From an uncultured Actinomycetota bacterium (GTDB lineage: Bacteria; Actinomycetota; Actinomycetes; Propionibacteriales; Nocardioidaceae), in NCBI GenBank assembly GCA_963800715.1, contig CAWDBZ010000009.1, positions 3,911-67,910 of the forward strand: a DNA stretch of 64,000 nt, given 5' to 3'. A model generated the notes under the pieces. The model was not told the origin of the DNA, made no database searches, and worked only from the letters and a program-made list of their open reading frames with translations. Every line of letters begins with the position of its first letter. Within the stretch, counting starts at the first letter, position 1. Made by a program: the position numbers and the translations under genes. This document shows positions 50,016 to 60,944 of this stretch, one piece after another.

Positions 50016-51173
50016 ATGAGCCGCAATGCGAACCCCCAGCCGCCCACGAGGCCGCAAACGACGCCGCCAACAACGGAGTTCCTTTGGTACTTGCCCAACA
50101 CCGTCGAGCCCGGCCATCGCCTCGACACCGGCACCGTCGATGACGGCTACGGCACCCTCGACTACCAGGTCGACCTGGCCCGGCAGGTCGAGGACCACGG
50201 CTGGGCCGGTGCCCTGCTCGGCACCAGCTGGGGCCGGCCGGACACGTTCACCGTGGCCGCGTCCATCGCGGCCCGCACCACGACGTTCAACCCACTGATC
50301 GCGATCCGTCCCGGCTACTGGCGGCCCGCGCACTTCGCCTCCGCCGCCGCCACCCTCGACCAGCTCTCGGGCGGCCGGGTGCGCGTCAACATCGTCTCCG
50401 GGCAGGACAACCTGCACCAGTACGGCGACGTGGAGGGGGACCAGGCGGAGCGCTACGCGCGCACCAAGGAGTTCATGCGCCTGGTCCGGCGGCTGTGGAC
50501 CGAGGAGAACGTCACCTTCCAGGGCGAGCACTTCTCCGTCGAGGCGTCGACCCTGTCACCCCGGCCGGTGGTGAGTCGTGACCGGATCCACCCACGCCTC
50601 TACTTCGGTGGCGCCTCCGACCCGGCCGAGAAGGTGTCCGCGACCGAGTCCGACGTACAGCTGTTCTGGGGCGAGCCGCTCGACGGCGTGGCCGAGCGGA
50701 TCGCGCGGCTCAAGGGACTCGAGCAGAGCCTGGAGCGGGACCTGCCGCCGCTGGAGTTCGGCCTGCGGATCACCACTCTTGTGCGCGACACCACCGAGGA
50801 GGCCTGGCGCGACGCCGAGGCAAGGGTCGCGAAGATGGCCGACCAGGCCGCGGACGGCACCTTCCGGCAGAAGTTCCAGCGCAGCGGCTTCAAGGCCACC
50901 GGCCAGCAGCGGTTGCTCGACCTCGCCGAGCAGGGCGACGTGCTCGACACCTGCCTCTACACCGCGCCCGGCAAGTACGGCGGCGGTGGGGCCGCGACCA
51001 CCTGGCTGGTCGGCTCCGCGGACGACGTCGCGCACGCGCTGCGGAAGTACCAGGACCTCGGGGTCACCCACTTCGTCCTCTCGGACACGCCGTACAAGAC
51101 CGAGATCGGGCGCGTCGGCGACTCCGTGCTGCCGCTGCTGCGCAACGAGGCGCTGGTCGCGCATTCGGCCTGA
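50016..51173 (+). CDS. LLM-class flavin-dependent monooxygenase (SsuD-like)
   Basis: WYLP, LIAIRPG, ATLDQLSGGR, YFGGAS, WGEP, LVGS. Confidence 0.85.
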   Translation: MSRNANPQPPTRPQTTPPTTEFLWYLPNTVEPGHRLDTGTVDDGYGTLDYQVDLARQVEDHGWAGALLGTSWGRPDTFTVAASIAARTTTFNPLIAIRPGYWRPAHFASAAATLDQLSGGRVRVNIVSGQDNLHQYGDVEGDQAERYARTKEFMRLVRRLWTEENVTFQGEHFSVEASTLSPRPVVSRDRIHPRLYFGGASDPAEKVSATESDVQLFWGEPLDGVAERIARLKGLEQSLERDLPPLEFGLRITTLVRDTTEEAWRDAEARVAKMADQAADGTFRQKFQRSGFKATGQQRLLDLAEQGDVLDTCLYTAPGKYGGGGAATTWLVGSADDVAHALRKYQDLGVTHFVLSDTPYKTEIGRVGDSVLPLLRNEALVAHSA

Positions 51174-51176
51174 CAT

Positions 51177-52370
51177 TCAGGCGCAGAGGCCGTTGGCGTC
51201 CGCTTCCTGCTCGCCGCCGGGGGCGTCGCCCTCCGTGGTGGCGGTCGACGGCGGCGAGCTGGGCGCCGAGCCGGACGCGCTGCCGGACGCCGAGCCGGAT
51301 GCGCTGCCGGACGCCGAGCCTGACCCTGCGCCCGGCGCCTCGTCCGCGGAGATCACGTCCTCGCGGTACCTCTTGGGCAGCGGCTCGTCGTTGAGGAGGA
51401 CTTTCCACAGACCGGCGGCCGAGTCCGACCAGAGCAGCCGGTTGGGGTCGGGCTCGTACTCCTCGATCGGCACCGTGATGAACGTGATGTTGTCCAGGTC
51501 GGTCTTGCGGAACTGGTAGGCCAGGTTGGCCAGCTTGCTCAGCGAGGCGAGCTCGGGGTCGGTGACGACGGAGGCGGTGGCCGCCTTCAGGAAGGAGTAG
51601 ACGCGGGAGGGCTTGGTGAGGGTGTTGGCACTGACCACCTTGTTGATCATCGAGGCCACGAACGCCTGCTGACGCTTCATCCGGCCGATGTCGGCGTTCG
51701 GCGTGGAGGAGCGTTCGCGGACGTAGTCGAGTGCCTGCTGGCCATCCAGCTCCTGGGTCCCCGCCTTGAACGTGATGCCGTGGGCACTGTCGTCGACGTC
51801 CTCGGGGATGCAGACCGTGACGCCGTGCACCGCCTCGACCATGTCCTTGAACCCGTTGAAGTCGACGGTGACGTAGTGGTCGATGTAGATCCCGGTCAGT
51901 GACTCGACCTGGGCCACCGTGCACGTCGGTCCGGCCAGCGAGAAGGCGTCGTTGAAGATCACCGGGTCGGCGGCGGGCACCGTCTTACCCGCGTCGTCCT
52001 CGCACTCGGGCCGGGCCACCATCGCGTCGCGGGGGAGCGAGACGCCGTACACCGTCTTCCGGTCAGCGGAGATGTGCACGAGGATCGTGGTGTCGGAGCG
52101 CTCGCCGATGCCGGTCTCACTGTCGATGTCGTTGCCGGGACCGGCGCGCGAGTCCGACCCCATCACCAGGATGTTGAGCGGCTCGCCGTCGCTCAGGGGC
52201 TCCTTCTTGACCCGGTGGTCGAGCTCTCGGCCGGGCTTGATGTTTCCGTTGAGCCTGTCGTACGCCGTCCAGATGACCAGGCCGGTGACCAGCGCGACGA
52301 CGAGCTGGGTGACGATGATGACCAGCAGCACGCTGCGGCGATGCGCGGGCTCGAGACGCTCGGCGGTCAC
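51177..52370 (-). CDS. LCP (LytR-CpsA-Psr) family cell-wall ligase
   Basis: TM, NILVMGSDSR, RSDT, SLPRD, DIGRMKRQQ; GSAS-repeat tail. Confidence 0.92.
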   Translation of the reverse strand: MTAERLEPAHRRSVLLVIIVTQLVVALVTGLVIWTAYDRLNGNIKPGRELDHRVKKEPLSDGEPLNILVMGSDSRAGPGNDIDSETGIGERSDTTILVHISADRKTVYGVSLPRDAMVARPECEDDAGKTVPAADPVIFNDAFSLAGPTCTVAQVESLTGIYIDHYVTVDFNGFKDMVEAVHGVTVCIPEDVDDSAHGITFKAGTQELDGQQALDYVRERSSTPNADIGRMKRQQAFVASMINKVVSANTLTKPSRVYSFLKAATASVVTDPELASLSKLANLAYQFRKTDLDNITFITVPIEEYEPDPNRLLWSDSAAGLWKVLLNDEPLPKRYREDVISADEAPGAGSGSASGSASGSASGSASGSAPSSPPSTATTEGDAPGGEQEADANGLCA

Positions 52371-52469
52371 GTCTCGAATCGTGGCAGACAGGGTCAAGCG
52401 ACGGCCGACGCAGGCGCTCTGAACTGCGCAGACCACGCTCCGGTGGTGGTGTCCGATTCCCGCCAGAGA

Positions 52470-52492
52470 TTGTCGGTACCGTGGGTCAGGAT
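52470..52492 (+). promoter_or_regulatory. RecA-NDp/PafBC-like DNA-damage promoter, likely leaderless
   Basis: tTGTCGG-N10-CAGGAT, 6 nt before ATG 52499. Confidence 0.6.
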
Positions 52493-52498
52493 GTACTC

Positions 52499-54019
52499 AT
52501 GAACAGCAACCGGCTGGACCCCCGCTCCCTGGATGAGGAGTCCTGCTACCGCGCCGTGAAGTCGCGCGACCGTCGCTTCGACGGCGTCTTCTACACCGCG
52601 GTGCGCACCACGGGGATCTACTGCCGCCCGTCCTGCCCGGCCCGCACGCCGGGGTTCCACAACGTCACCTTCCACCCGAGCGCGGCGTCAGCGCAGGCCG
52701 CCGGCTACCGCGCCTGCAAGCGCTGCCTGCCGGACGCGACGCCGGGCAGCCCCGACTGGGACGTCGCCGCGACCGCGGCCGGCCGCGCGATGCGGCTGAT
52801 CGCCGACGGCGTCGTCGACCGCGAGGGCGTCGAGGGGCTGGCCCGCCGGGTCGGCTACACGCCGCGGCACCTCACCCGGCTGCTCACCTCCGAGCTCGGG
52901 GCCGGCCCGCTGGCGCTCGCCCGGGCACGTCGTGCCCAGACCGCCCGGGTGCTCGTCGAGACGACCGACCTCGGCTTCGCGGACGTCGCGTTCGCGGCCG
53001 GCTTCTCCAGCATCCGGCAGTTCAACGACACCGTCCGCGAGGTCTACGCCGCGACGCCGACCGAGCTGCGCGGCCGCCGTCGCGGGGCGCCGACCCAGGG
53101 GACGGTGACGATGCGGCTCGCCGTACGCACGCCGTTCGCCGGCCGGGCGCTGCTCGACTTCCTCGCCTTCCACGTGGTGCCCGGGGTCGAGGCCGCGGGT
53201 GTCACAGGGGGCCGGGGCTGGTACGCCCGCACCCTCGACCTCCCGCACGGCCCAGGCACCGTCCGGCTCGAGCTCGCCGACGCCGCCGCCACGGGGCAGA
53301 CCGCGTTCGTGACGGCCGAGTTCCGGCTGCACGACCTCCGCGACACCGCGGCCGCGGTCGAGCGCGCCCGGCGGCTGGTGGACGCCGACTGCGACCCGGT
53401 GGCGGTCGACGACCAGTTCCTCGGCGACCCGGTCATCGGCCCGCTGGTCCGCGCGACCCTCGGCCTTCGGGTGCCGGGCCAGGTCGACGGCGACGAGACC
53501 GCGATCCGCACCGTGGTGGGTCAGCAGGTCTCGGTCACCGGCGCCCGGACGGTCACGGGGCGGCTAGTCGCGGCGTACGGCACGCCGGTCGAGACCGATA
53601 CCCCGGGGCTCACCCACCTGTTCCCGTCCGCTGCGACGTTGGCGTCCGTCGATCCCGAGGCGCTGCCGATGCCGCGCTCGCGGGGCCGGGCGCTGACCGG
53701 CCTGGCCGCGGCGCTGGCCGCGGGCGACGTGGCACTCGACCGGGGCGCCGACCGCAACGACGTCCGCGCCGCCCTGGTCGCGCTGCCCGGCATCGGCCCC
53801 TGGACCGCCGACTACGTCGCGATGCGGGCGCTCGGCCACCCCGATGTGTTCCTGCCGACCGACATCGGCGTCCGCAACGCGATCGCCGGCCTCGGCCACG
53901 ACCCGGCGGCGGTGATCGCGGACGGTGACCGCTGGCGTCCCTGGCGCTCCTACGCCCTCATGCACCTCTGGAACACCCTCATGCCCGCCACCGACCCCAC
54001 CACCAGCAAGGAGGACTGA
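52499..54019 (+). CDS. alkA: Ada-AlkA fusion (Zn-binding Ada, AraC HTH, 3-methyladenine glycosylase)
   Basis: TTGIYCRPSC, RACKRC, GQQVS, LPGIGPWTA, WRPWRSYA. Confidence 0.92.
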   Translation: MNSNRLDPRSLDEESCYRAVKSRDRRFDGVFYTAVRTTGIYCRPSCPARTPGFHNVTFHPSAASAQAAGYRACKRCLPDATPGSPDWDVAATAAGRAMRLIADGVVDREGVEGLARRVGYTPRHLTRLLTSELGAGPLALARARRAQTARVLVETTDLGFADVAFAAGFSSIRQFNDTVREVYAATPTELRGRRRGAPTQGTVTMRLAVRTPFAGRALLDFLAFHVVPGVEAAGVTGGRGWYARTLDLPHGPGTVRLELADAAATGQTAFVTAEFRLHDLRDTAAAVERARRLVDADCDPVAVDDQFLGDPVIGPLVRATLGLRVPGQVDGDETAIRTVVGQQVSVTGARTVTGRLVAAYGTPVETDTPGLTHLFPSAATLASVDPEALPMPRSRGRALTGLAAALAAGDVALDRGADRNDVRAALVALPGIGPWTADYVAMRALGHPDVFLPTDIGVRNAIAGLGHDPAAVIADGDRWRPWRSYALMHLWNTLMPATDPTTSKED

Positions 54020-54020
54020 C

Positions 54021-54515
54021 ATGTCCTGGACCGTGATCGACAGCCCCGTCGGCGAGCTGCGCCTCGTCGAGCACGACGGCGCCCTCACCCAGATCGAGTT
54101 CTCGCCGTTCCCCGGCGTCGGACAGAGCCTCGACGGACACCCCCGCGGCGCCCGCGACGACCAGCAGCCCGTACTCGTCGAGACCGCGCGCCAGCTGCGT
54201 GCGTACTTCGACCGCGACCTCAAGGAGTTCGACCTCCCGCTCGCGCCGGTCGGCACCGAGTTCCAGCAGCGGGTCTGGCAGGGACTGCGTGAGATCGGCT
54301 ACGGCGAGACCTCGTCGTACGGCGAGCTCGCACACCGCCTCGGCAAGTCCAACGCTGCCTCGCGTGCGGTCGGGCTCGCCAACGGCCGCAACCCGATCCC
54401 GATCGTGATCCCGTGCCACCGCGTGATCGGCGCCAACGGCACCCTCACCGGCTACGCCGGCGGCCTCGACCGCAAGCAGAAGCTGCTCGAGTTGGAGCAA
54501 GACGCTCTGTTCTGA
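54021..54515 (+). CDS. ogt: Methylated-DNA-protein-cysteine methyltransferase
   Basis: SPVG, RAVG, IPCHRV. Confidence 0.95.
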   Translation: MSWTVIDSPVGELRLVEHDGALTQIEFSPFPGVGQSLDGHPRGARDDQQPVLVETARQLRAYFDRDLKEFDLPLAPVGTEFQQRVWQGLREIGYGETSSYGELAHRLGKSNAASRAVGLANGRNPIPIVIPCHRVIGANGTLTGYAGGLDRKQKLLELEQDALF

Positions 54516-54918
54516 TACCCCCGCGAGCTTCGGCCTCCAGTCCGTGGCGACAGCTCGCTGCGCTCGCGGGCGCCTGGCTCGCTGCGCTCGCCGCGCCGGT
54601 CGCCACGGCCCGGAGACCGATCGCGGGGCGCCTCGCTCCGCTCGGACAAGCCGGGTCGCTTCGCTCCCTCCACGTCCATACGTGACCAAGCAAGCCCGCT
54701 GCCTCGCCCGCGGTCGCGAGTACGTGACGGGAGCGCAGCGACCCGGTCTTTCGCGGGCGAAGCCCGTGCGCCCGGCGATCGGCCCCATGGCCGTGGCGAC
54801 AGCGCTGGAGCGAGCGCCAGCGAGCGACGAAGCGTTGCGAGCGAAGCGAGCAGTCGCCGCGGACTGGGGCCGAAGCTCGCCGGGGTAGACAGGGAGGCCG
54901 AAGCTCGCGGGGGTGTCA
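54513..54918. repeat. About 400-bp palindromic REP/MITE-like element between convergent genes
   Basis: Ends TGATACCCCCGCGAGCTTCGGCCTCC / GGAGGCCGAAGCTCGCGGGGGTGTCA; two diverged inverted arms of about 160 bp. Confidence 0.75.
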
Positions 54919-55656
54919 GGCCGAGTCGGCAGCGGCAGCGCGGCGCAGCGACTCGGACAGCCGCTCGGCGGCGGCGAGCACCGCGGGGGCGTGCATCCGG
55001 CCGGGCTGGCGGGAGAGCCGTTCGAGCGGGCCCGAGACCGAGACCGCGGCGATGATCTTGCCGCTGGGGGAGCGGACCGGGGCGGAGACGGAGGCCACGC
55101 CCTGCTCGCGCTCGCCGACCGACTGCGCCCAGCCGCGGCGCCGGATGCCCGACAGCGCGGCGGCGGAGAACGCGGCGTTCTGGAGGCCGCGGTGCATGCG
55201 CTCCGGGTCCTCCCACGCGAGCAGCACCTGCGCGGCCGAGCCGGCGCGCATGGTCAGCTGCGAGCCGACCGGGATCGTGTCGCGCAGGCCGGACGGGCGC
55301 TCGGCGGCGGCGACGCAGACGCGGACGTCGCCCTGGCGCCGCCACAGCTGCGCGGACTCGCCGGTGATGTCGCGGAGCCGGGCCAGCACCGGTCCGGCGG
55401 TGGCCAGCAGCCGGTCCTCGCCGGCGGCGGCGGACAGCTCGGCCAGCCGTGGGCCGAGGACGAACCGGCCCTGCATGTCACGGGCGACGAGGCGGTGGTG
55501 CTCGAGCGCCACGGCGAGCCGATGCGCGGTCGGCCGGGCCAGGCCGGTCCCGGCGACCAGGCCGGCCAGGGTGGCCGGGCCCGCCTCGAGGGCAGTGAGT
55601 ACGAGCGCGGCCTTGTCGAGAACGCCGACGCCGGATCCGCCACCTGAACTGTCCAT
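54916..55656 (-). CDS. ndgR: IclR family regulator divergent from leuC (NdgR/LtbR type)
   Basis: [35 protein letters not shown]; conserved position. Confidence 0.88.
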   Translation of the reverse strand: MDSSGGGSGVGVLDKAALVLTALEAGPATLAGLVAGTGLARPTAHRLAVALEHHRLVARDMQGRFVLGPRLAELSAAAGEDRLLATAGPVLARLRDITGESAQLWRRQGDVRVCVAAAERPSGLRDTIPVGSQLTMRAGSAAQVLLAWEDPERMHRGLQNAAFSAAALSGIRRRGWAQSVGEREQGVASVSAPVRSPSGKIIAAVSVSGPLERLSRQPGRMHAPAVLAAAERLSESLRRAAAADSA

Positions 55657-55670
55657 ATTGCAATACTGCC

Positions 55671-55687
55671 GTCTCAGATCATGGGAT
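55671..55687. promoter_or_regulatory. Imperfect palindrome, candidate IclR operator
   Basis: GTCTCAGATCATGGGAT between ndgR and leuC. Confidence 0.45.
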
Positions 55688-55738
55688 GCAAGGCTTAGAC
55701 TCGAGCAGTTGAATGGGACGGGTCACGAGGGAGTGGTC

Positions 55739-57157
55739 ATGGGCAGGACGCTGACCGAGAAGGTCTGGGACGAGCACGTCGTACGGTCGGCAGCCGGTGA
55801 ACCCGACCTCCTCTACATCGACCTGCACCTCATCCACGAGGTCACCAGCCCGCAGGCCTTCGAGGGACTGCGGCTCAGCGGCCGGACCGTCCGCCGCCCC
55901 GACCTGACCATCGCGACCGAGGATCACAACGTCCCGACCGTCGACTGGGACAAGCCGATCAAGGACCCCGTCTCCCGCACCCAGGTCGAGACGCTGCGCA
56001 GGAACGCCGAGGAGTTCGGCGTCCGGCTGCACCCGCTCGGCGACCTCGACCAGGGCATCGTCCATGTCGTCGGTCCGCAGCTCGGTCTCACCCAGCCGGG
56101 CATGACGATCGTCTGCGGTGACAGCCACACCAGCACGCACGGCGCCTTCGGTGCGATCGCCTTCGGCATCGGTACGTCGGAGGTCGAGCACGTGCTCGCG
56201 ACCCAGACCCTGATGCAGGACAAGCCGAAGACGATGGCCGTCACGATCAACGGCAGCCTCCCCGCGGGCGTAACCGCAAAGGACCTCGTGCTCACCCTGA
56301 TCGCGCACACCGGGACCGGCGGCGGGCAGGGCTACATCGTCGAGTACCGCGGCCCGGCCATCGAGGAGCTCTCGATGGAGGGCCGGATGACGGTCTGCAA
56401 CATGAGCATCGAGTGGGGCGCGAAGGCGGGACTGGTCGCACCCGACCAGAAGACCTTCGACTACATCGAGGGCCGTCCCGAGGCGCCTAAGGGCGCGGAC
56501 TGGGATGCCGCACTGGCGTACTGGAAGACCCTCGTCACCGATCCCGACGCGGAGTACGACGAGGAGATCGTCCTCGACGCCAGCACGATGACGCCATTCG
56601 TCACGTGGGGCACCAACCCCGGCCAGGGCGTGCCTCTCGGCGCCAGCGTCCCTAGCCCGGACGACTTCGAGGATGCCCAGGACCGGGTCGGTGCCGAGAA
56701 GGCGCTCCAGTACATGGCGCTCGAGGCCGGCACCCCGATGCGCGAGATCAAGGTCGACACGGTCTTCGTCGGCTCCTGCACCAACGGCCGCATCGAGGAC
56801 CTTCGCCTCGCCGCCGAGATCATCAAGGGCCGGCACGTCGACAAGGACACCCGCTTCCTCGTCGTGCCGGGCTCGGCCCGGGTCCGCCTGCAGGCCGAGG
56901 ACGAGGGCCTCGACGTGATCTTCAAGGAGGCCGGCGCCGAGTGGCGCGGTGCGGGCTGCTCGATGTGCCTGGGCATGAACCCCGACACCCTCGAGCCGGG
57001 CGAGCGCAGCGCCTCGACCTCCAACCGCAACTTCGAGGGCCGCCAGGGCAAGGGTGGACGCACCCACCTGGTCTCGGTGCCGGTGGCGGCAGCGACCGCG
57101 ATCCGGGGCACGCTCTCGTCGCCAGCCGATCTCGACGCAGTGCGACAGGAGGCCTGA
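55739..57157 (+). CDS. leuC: 3-isopropylmalate dehydratase large subunit
   Basis: [43 protein letters not shown]. Confidence 0.97.
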   Translation: MGRTLTEKVWDEHVVRSAAGEPDLLYIDLHLIHEVTSPQAFEGLRLSGRTVRRPDLTIATEDHNVPTVDWDKPIKDPVSRTQVETLRRNAEEFGVRLHPLGDLDQGIVHVVGPQLGLTQPGMTIVCGDSHTSTHGAFGAIAFGIGTSEVEHVLATQTLMQDKPKTMAVTINGSLPAGVTAKDLVLTLIAHTGTGGGQGYIVEYRGPAIEELSMEGRMTVCNMSIEWGAKAGLVAPDQKTFDYIEGRPEAPKGADWDAALAYWKTLVTDPDAEYDEEIVLDASTMTPFVTWGTNPGQGVPLGASVPSPDDFEDAQDRVGAEKALQYMALEAGTPMREIKVDTVFVGSCTNGRIEDLRLAAEIIKGRHVDKDTRFLVVPGSARVRLQAEDEGLDVIFKEAGAEWRGAGCSMCLGMNPDTLEPGERSASTSNRNFEGRQGKGGRTHLVSVPVAAATAIRGTLSSPADLDAVRQEA

Positions 57158-57158
57158 C

Positions 57159-57764
57159 ATGGACGCGTTCACCTCGCACACCGGCGTCGGCGTACCCCTG
57201 CGCCGAAGCAACGTCGACACCGACCAGATCATCCCCGCGGTCTACCTCAAGCGGGTCAGCCGCACCGGCTTCGAGGACGGCCTGTTCGCCGCGTGGCGCA
57301 ACGACCCTCACTTCGTCCTCAACCGCCCGGAGTACGCCGCGGGCTCGGTCCTGGTGGCCGGTCCCGACTTCGGCACCGGCTCGTCGCGTGAGCACGCGGT
57401 GTGGGCACTCATGGACTTCGGCTTCCGCGTGGTCATCTCGTCGCGGTTCGGCGACATCTTCCGCGGCAACTCCGGCAAGGCCGGGCTGCTCGCGGCGAAG
57501 GTCGACGACAAGGTCGTCCAGCGGCTCTGGGACTTCCTCGACGACAACCCCGGCGGGCTGATCACCGTCGACCTGGACTCGCGGACGGTGCGAGCCGGCG
57601 AAGGTGTCGACGCGATCGAGGACTCCTTCGACATCGACGACTACACCCGGTGGCGGTTGCTCGAGGGCCTCGACGACGTCGGGATCACCCTCGGGCACGA
57701 CGACGACATCGCGGCGTTCGAGGCGGGGCGGCCGTCGTTCAAGCCTCAGACGATTCACTCCTGA
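57159..57764 (+). CDS. leuD: 3-isopropylmalate dehydratase small subunit
   Basis: [19 protein letters not shown]. Confidence 0.97.
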   Translation: MDAFTSHTGVGVPLRRSNVDTDQIIPAVYLKRVSRTGFEDGLFAAWRNDPHFVLNRPEYAAGSVLVAGPDFGTGSSREHAVWALMDFGFRVVISSRFGDIFRGNSGKAGLLAAKVDDKVVQRLWDFLDDNPGGLITVDLDSRTVRAGEGVDAIEDSFDIDDYTRWRLLEGLDDVGITLGHDDDIAAFEAGRPSFKPQTIHS

Positions 57765-58446
57765 CCGCAAGCTGCGTGGCGTAGGGCTCGAAGCCGAGCC
57801 GCTCCGCCGCCCGGAGTGACGGCACGTTGCTGTCGCGGCACCGCCAGCGTGCGTAGCCGTGCCGGGTCACGGCGTACGACGCCGCAGCCCGACCGAGCGT
57901 CGTGCCGAGCCCGCTACCGCGCGCATCCGCCGCGACGAGCAACCCGATGTTGCGCGGAGATCCCGACAACTCGGTGAGCACCGCACCGCCGCCATCCGTC
58001 GCGAACGCGACCGCACCCGGCTCGGCGATCGCGTCCTCGAATCCCGACTCGTCCCAGTCGTCCGCGGTGACGCGGTCGCGGAGGGCGAGCAACGCACCCG
58101 GATCGACGCGCTCCACCTCGTGCGCCGGACCCGGATCCTCGCCGAGGTAGCGGTGCACTCCCGGCCCGATCACGATGAGTCCGCGCTGTTGCGCGAAGGC
58201 TTGCCAGAACTCGACCGACTGCAGGGAAAGCGAAGGTTCGCGGACGAGCAAAGCGACCTCGTCGGCCTCCGCACTCGAGGGTGCGGCCACGTGCACGCCA
58301 GTGTCACGCCACGCGACGTACCAACCCGCGTAGTCACCAAGAGGCCCGTGTGGATGCCGGACCGTCACGTCGGACCACAATGCGTCGCGCACGTCGAACA
58401 CGTTGCTCCACCACTGCTCGATCTCGCGTCGCGTGCGGTCCCGCAT
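57739..58446 (-). CDS. GNAT family N-acetyltransferase
   Basis: ARGSGLG, N.PS...AERLGF. Confidence 0.75.
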   Translation of the reverse strand: MRDRTRREIEQWWSNVFDVRDALWSDVTVRHPHGPLGDYAGWYVAWRDTGVHVAAPSSAEADEVALLVREPSLSLQSVEFWQAFAQQRGLIVIGPGVHRYLGEDPGPAHEVERVDPGALLALRDRVTADDWDESGFEDAIAEPGAVAFATDGGGAVLTELSGSPRNIGLLVAADARGSGLGTTLGRAAASYAVTRHGYARWRCRDSNVPSLRAAERLGFEPYATQLAVRSESSEA

Positions 58447-58735
58447 CGCTCCACCATAGATAGGCGAAGGAGCTCGATTTCCCAAGCCCGCTTGGGAAAT
58501 CGCAACATTTGCCGATGACTTCACGGGCTACTCATCGATGTGGAATGTGCAGCCGACGAACTGCTCCATGTCGCTCGCGAGTGCGTTCATGCACGTCACG
58601 CGCAGTTCAGACCCCCCAAAAAACATGACGATTCGTGCGGCGTGGTCGTTGTTACTGGCGCTTGTTCTTCCTAAGTTGCATTACATGAACCGGAGCACCG
58701 GTTCCGTTTCAAGTAGGACACCGAAAGGGAAGACC

Positions 58736-59467
58736 GTGAACAAGAATCAACTCATCGAGGCGCTGGCGGCTCGGTACGACGGCAACAAGAGGGCCGCTCG
58801 ACACGCGCTCGAGTCTGTCCTCGACACCATCGGCCGTGAAGTAGCCAAGGGTGAGAAGGTTTCCATCACGGGCTTCGGCTCCTTCGAGAAGCGAATCCGC
58901 AACGCACGCATGGTCCGTAACCCACGGACCGGCGAGCGGATCAAAGCAAAGGCGACGCAAGTGCCCAAATTCACTGCAGGCCAGGATCTGAAGAACATCG
59001 TCTCGGGCGCCAAGAAGCTGCCGGCGCTCACGGTCGAGGCCGCCACGGCCCCGGTCGCTCGGGTGGCCGCCGCGGCCGCCCCGGCGAAGAAGACGACGAC
59101 CAAGAAGACTGCGAAGAAGGCCGCGAAGAAGGCCGCGAAGAAGGCACCGGCGAAGAAGGCCGCTGCCAAGAAGTCGACGGCCAAGAAGTCGACAGCGAAG
59201 AAGGCTGCCAAGAAGGCCGCCAAGAGGGCTCCCGCGAAGAAGGCACCGGCGAAGAAGGCCGCCAAGAGGGCTCCCGCCAAGAAGGCACCGGCCAAGAAGG
59301 CCGCCAAGAGGGCTCCCGCCAAGAAGGCACCGGCCAAGAAGGCCGCCAAGAGGGCTCCCGCCAAGAAAGCACCGGCCAAGAAGGCCGCCAAGAAGGCTCC
59401 GGCCAAGAAGGCCGTGAAGCGCGCACCGGCCAAGAAGACCGCGAAGAAGGCCGCGAAGAAGCGCTGA
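58736..59467 (+). CDS. hupB: HU family DNA-binding protein with Lys/Ala/Pro-rich tail
   Basis: NKNQLI, ITGFGSF, RNPRTGE, VPKF; PAKK tail. Confidence 0.93.
   Translation: MNKNQLIEALAARYDGNKRAARHALESVLDTIGREVAKGEKVSITGFGSFEKRIRNARMVRNPRTGERIKAKATQVPKFTAGQDLKNIVSGAKKLPALTVEAATAPVARVAAAAAPAKKTTTKKTAKKAAKKAAKKAPAKKAAAKKSTAKKSTAKKAAKKAAKRAPAKKAPAKKAAKRAPAKKAPAKKAAKRAPAKKAPAKKAAKRAPAKKAPAKKAAKKAPAKKAVKRAPAKKTAKKAAKKR
59210..59377 (+). repeat. 42-bp coding tandem repeat x4 ([14 protein letters not shown])
   Basis: Units start at 59210, 59252, 59294, 59336. Confidence 0.85.
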
Positions 59468-59478
59468 CCCAGCTCAAA

Positions 59479-59516
59479 AGGACGGGCCGTCTTCCTAGAG
59501 GGAGGCGGCCCGTTCT
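59479..59516. terminator. Stem-loop between convergent hupB and cofC
   Basis: AGGACGGGCCGTCTTCC / GGGAGGCGGCCCGTTCT. Confidence 0.65.
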
Positions 59517-60115
59517 GCTGTCCGGGGGCCGACGCCCAGGGCCAGCGCCTCGTCGAGGTCGTGGAGGTCGTCGACGTCGCGACGCAGCCGGGGCAGAGGG
59601 ACCGTGATCGCCCGCGCCCCGGTGGCGTCGTGGGCCAGCGCGGAGCCCGGGCCGAACCGTGGGTCGAACGCGTCGTACGCCGCGGTGTAGAGCGTGGTGC
59701 CGAGACCGTCCGCGTCGGCGACGTACGCCGGCTCACCGGGTGCCACTGCGCCGAGCGCCTCGTCGAGGTCCTTGGCACGCACGGCCGGGAGGTCGCCGGT
59801 GAGCGCGACAGGGACGAGCTCCGGCCAGCGCCGTCGCGCCTCCGCCGCGGACTGGCGCAGGGTGCCGTTCAGGTCCATCGCGACGCCATCCGGGATCGTG
59901 ACCGCACCGAGGTCTGCCAGCTCGAGCGAGAACGACGCGTCGTCCGTCACGACCAGCACCTCGGCGATCGCTTCCGACGAGATGCACGCGGCCACCGTGT
60001 CCAGGGCGAAGGCGGCGGCGAGGGTGCGACGCGCGTCGTCGGTCAGGCCGACCATGCGGGACTTGCCGAGCGCGGGCGGCTTCACCGGGACCAGGGCGAC
60101 GTACTGCTGCATCAT
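59495..60115 (-). CDS. cofC: 2-phospho-L-lactate (PEP) guanylyltransferase, F420 biosynthesis
   Basis: LVPVK...GKSR, GDLP, DGLGTT, FGPGSA..H, RDVD. Confidence 0.9.
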   Translation of the reverse strand: MMQQYVALVPVKPPALGKSRMVGLTDDARRTLAAAFALDTVAACISSEAIAEVLVVTDDASFSLELADLGAVTIPDGVAMDLNGTLRQSAAEARRRWPELVPVALTGDLPAVRAKDLDEALGAVAPGEPAYVADADGLGTTLYTAAYDAFDPRFGPGSALAHDATGARAITVPLPRLRRDVDDLHDLDEALALGVGPRTAERAASL

Positions 60116-60170
60116 CGCCATCCTTCCAGCAGCCGTCGGTCGAGTGACGGGGACCACTAGCCTGTCGCGT

Positions 60171-60944
60171 GTGAAGGTCCGGCATCTCCAGGAGGGCAGG
60201 CGCGGCTGGGCGTGGGCGATCGCGGTGCCCATCGTGAAGCCGATCCTGATCGCGACCACGAAGCGCCGGTGGATCGACGGCGAGAAGCTCCCGGCCGAGG
60301 GCGGGTTCCTGCTCGTCGCCAACCACATCTCTGAGGTCGACCCGCTCATCGTGGCGCACATCGTGTGGGACCACGGGCGGATCCCGCGCTACCTGGCCAA
60401 GGCCGGGCTGTTCAAGAACAAGTTCCTGGGCCTCTTCTTCCGCTCGGCCGGACAGATCCCGGTCCACCGCGCGTCGAAGGACGCCGTCGGTGCCTACGAC
60501 GCAGCGGTCGAGGCGGTGCGGGGTGGCAAGTGCGTCGTGGTCTACCCGGAGGGCACGATCACCCGCGACCCGGAGCTGTGGCCGATGGTCGGCAAGTCCG
60601 GTGCCGCGCGTATCGCGCTGGCCACCAAGGCGCCCGTGATCCCGATCGGTCAGTGGGGCGCGCAGAAGGTGTTGGCGCCGTACGCGAAGAAGCCGGACCT
60701 GTTCCCTCGCAAGCTGATCACGATGAAGGTCGGCGACCCGGTCGACCTGTCCGACCTGACCAGCCGGGAAATGACTCCGGCCACGATCAATGAGGCGACG
60801 GAACGGATCATGGCGGCGCTGACGGACCTGGTGGAGGAGGTGCGCGGCGAGACCGCGCCGACCGACCGGTTCAACCCGCGCACCGCCGGGGTCAAGGAGT
60901 TCGGCAACCCCAACGACGACGGACGGCGAGGGAAGGCCTCATGA
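60171..60944 (+). CDS. Lysophospholipid acyltransferase (PlsC family)
   Basis: NHISEVD, YPEGT. Confidence 0.9.
   Translation: MKVRHLQEGRRGWAWAIAVPIVKPILIATTKRRWIDGEKLPAEGGFLLVANHISEVDPLIVAHIVWDHGRIPRYLAKAGLFKNKFLGLFFRSAGQIPVHRASKDAVGAYDAAVEAVRGGKCVVVYPEGTITRDPELWPMVGKSGAARIALATKAPVIPIGQWGAQKVLAPYAKKPDLFPRKLITMKVGDPVDLSDLTSREMTPATINEATERIMAALTDLVEEVRGETAPTDRFNPRTAGVKEFGNPNDDGRRGKAS

Noticed and set aside
51269-51330. GSAS repeat in the LCP tail
   Set aside because: Ordinary disordered C-terminal linker
55052-55738. N-terminal extension on leuC (and similar on hupB, AKR, ssuB, LacI)
   Set aside because: Artefacts of the furthest-start rule; conserved starts lie downstream
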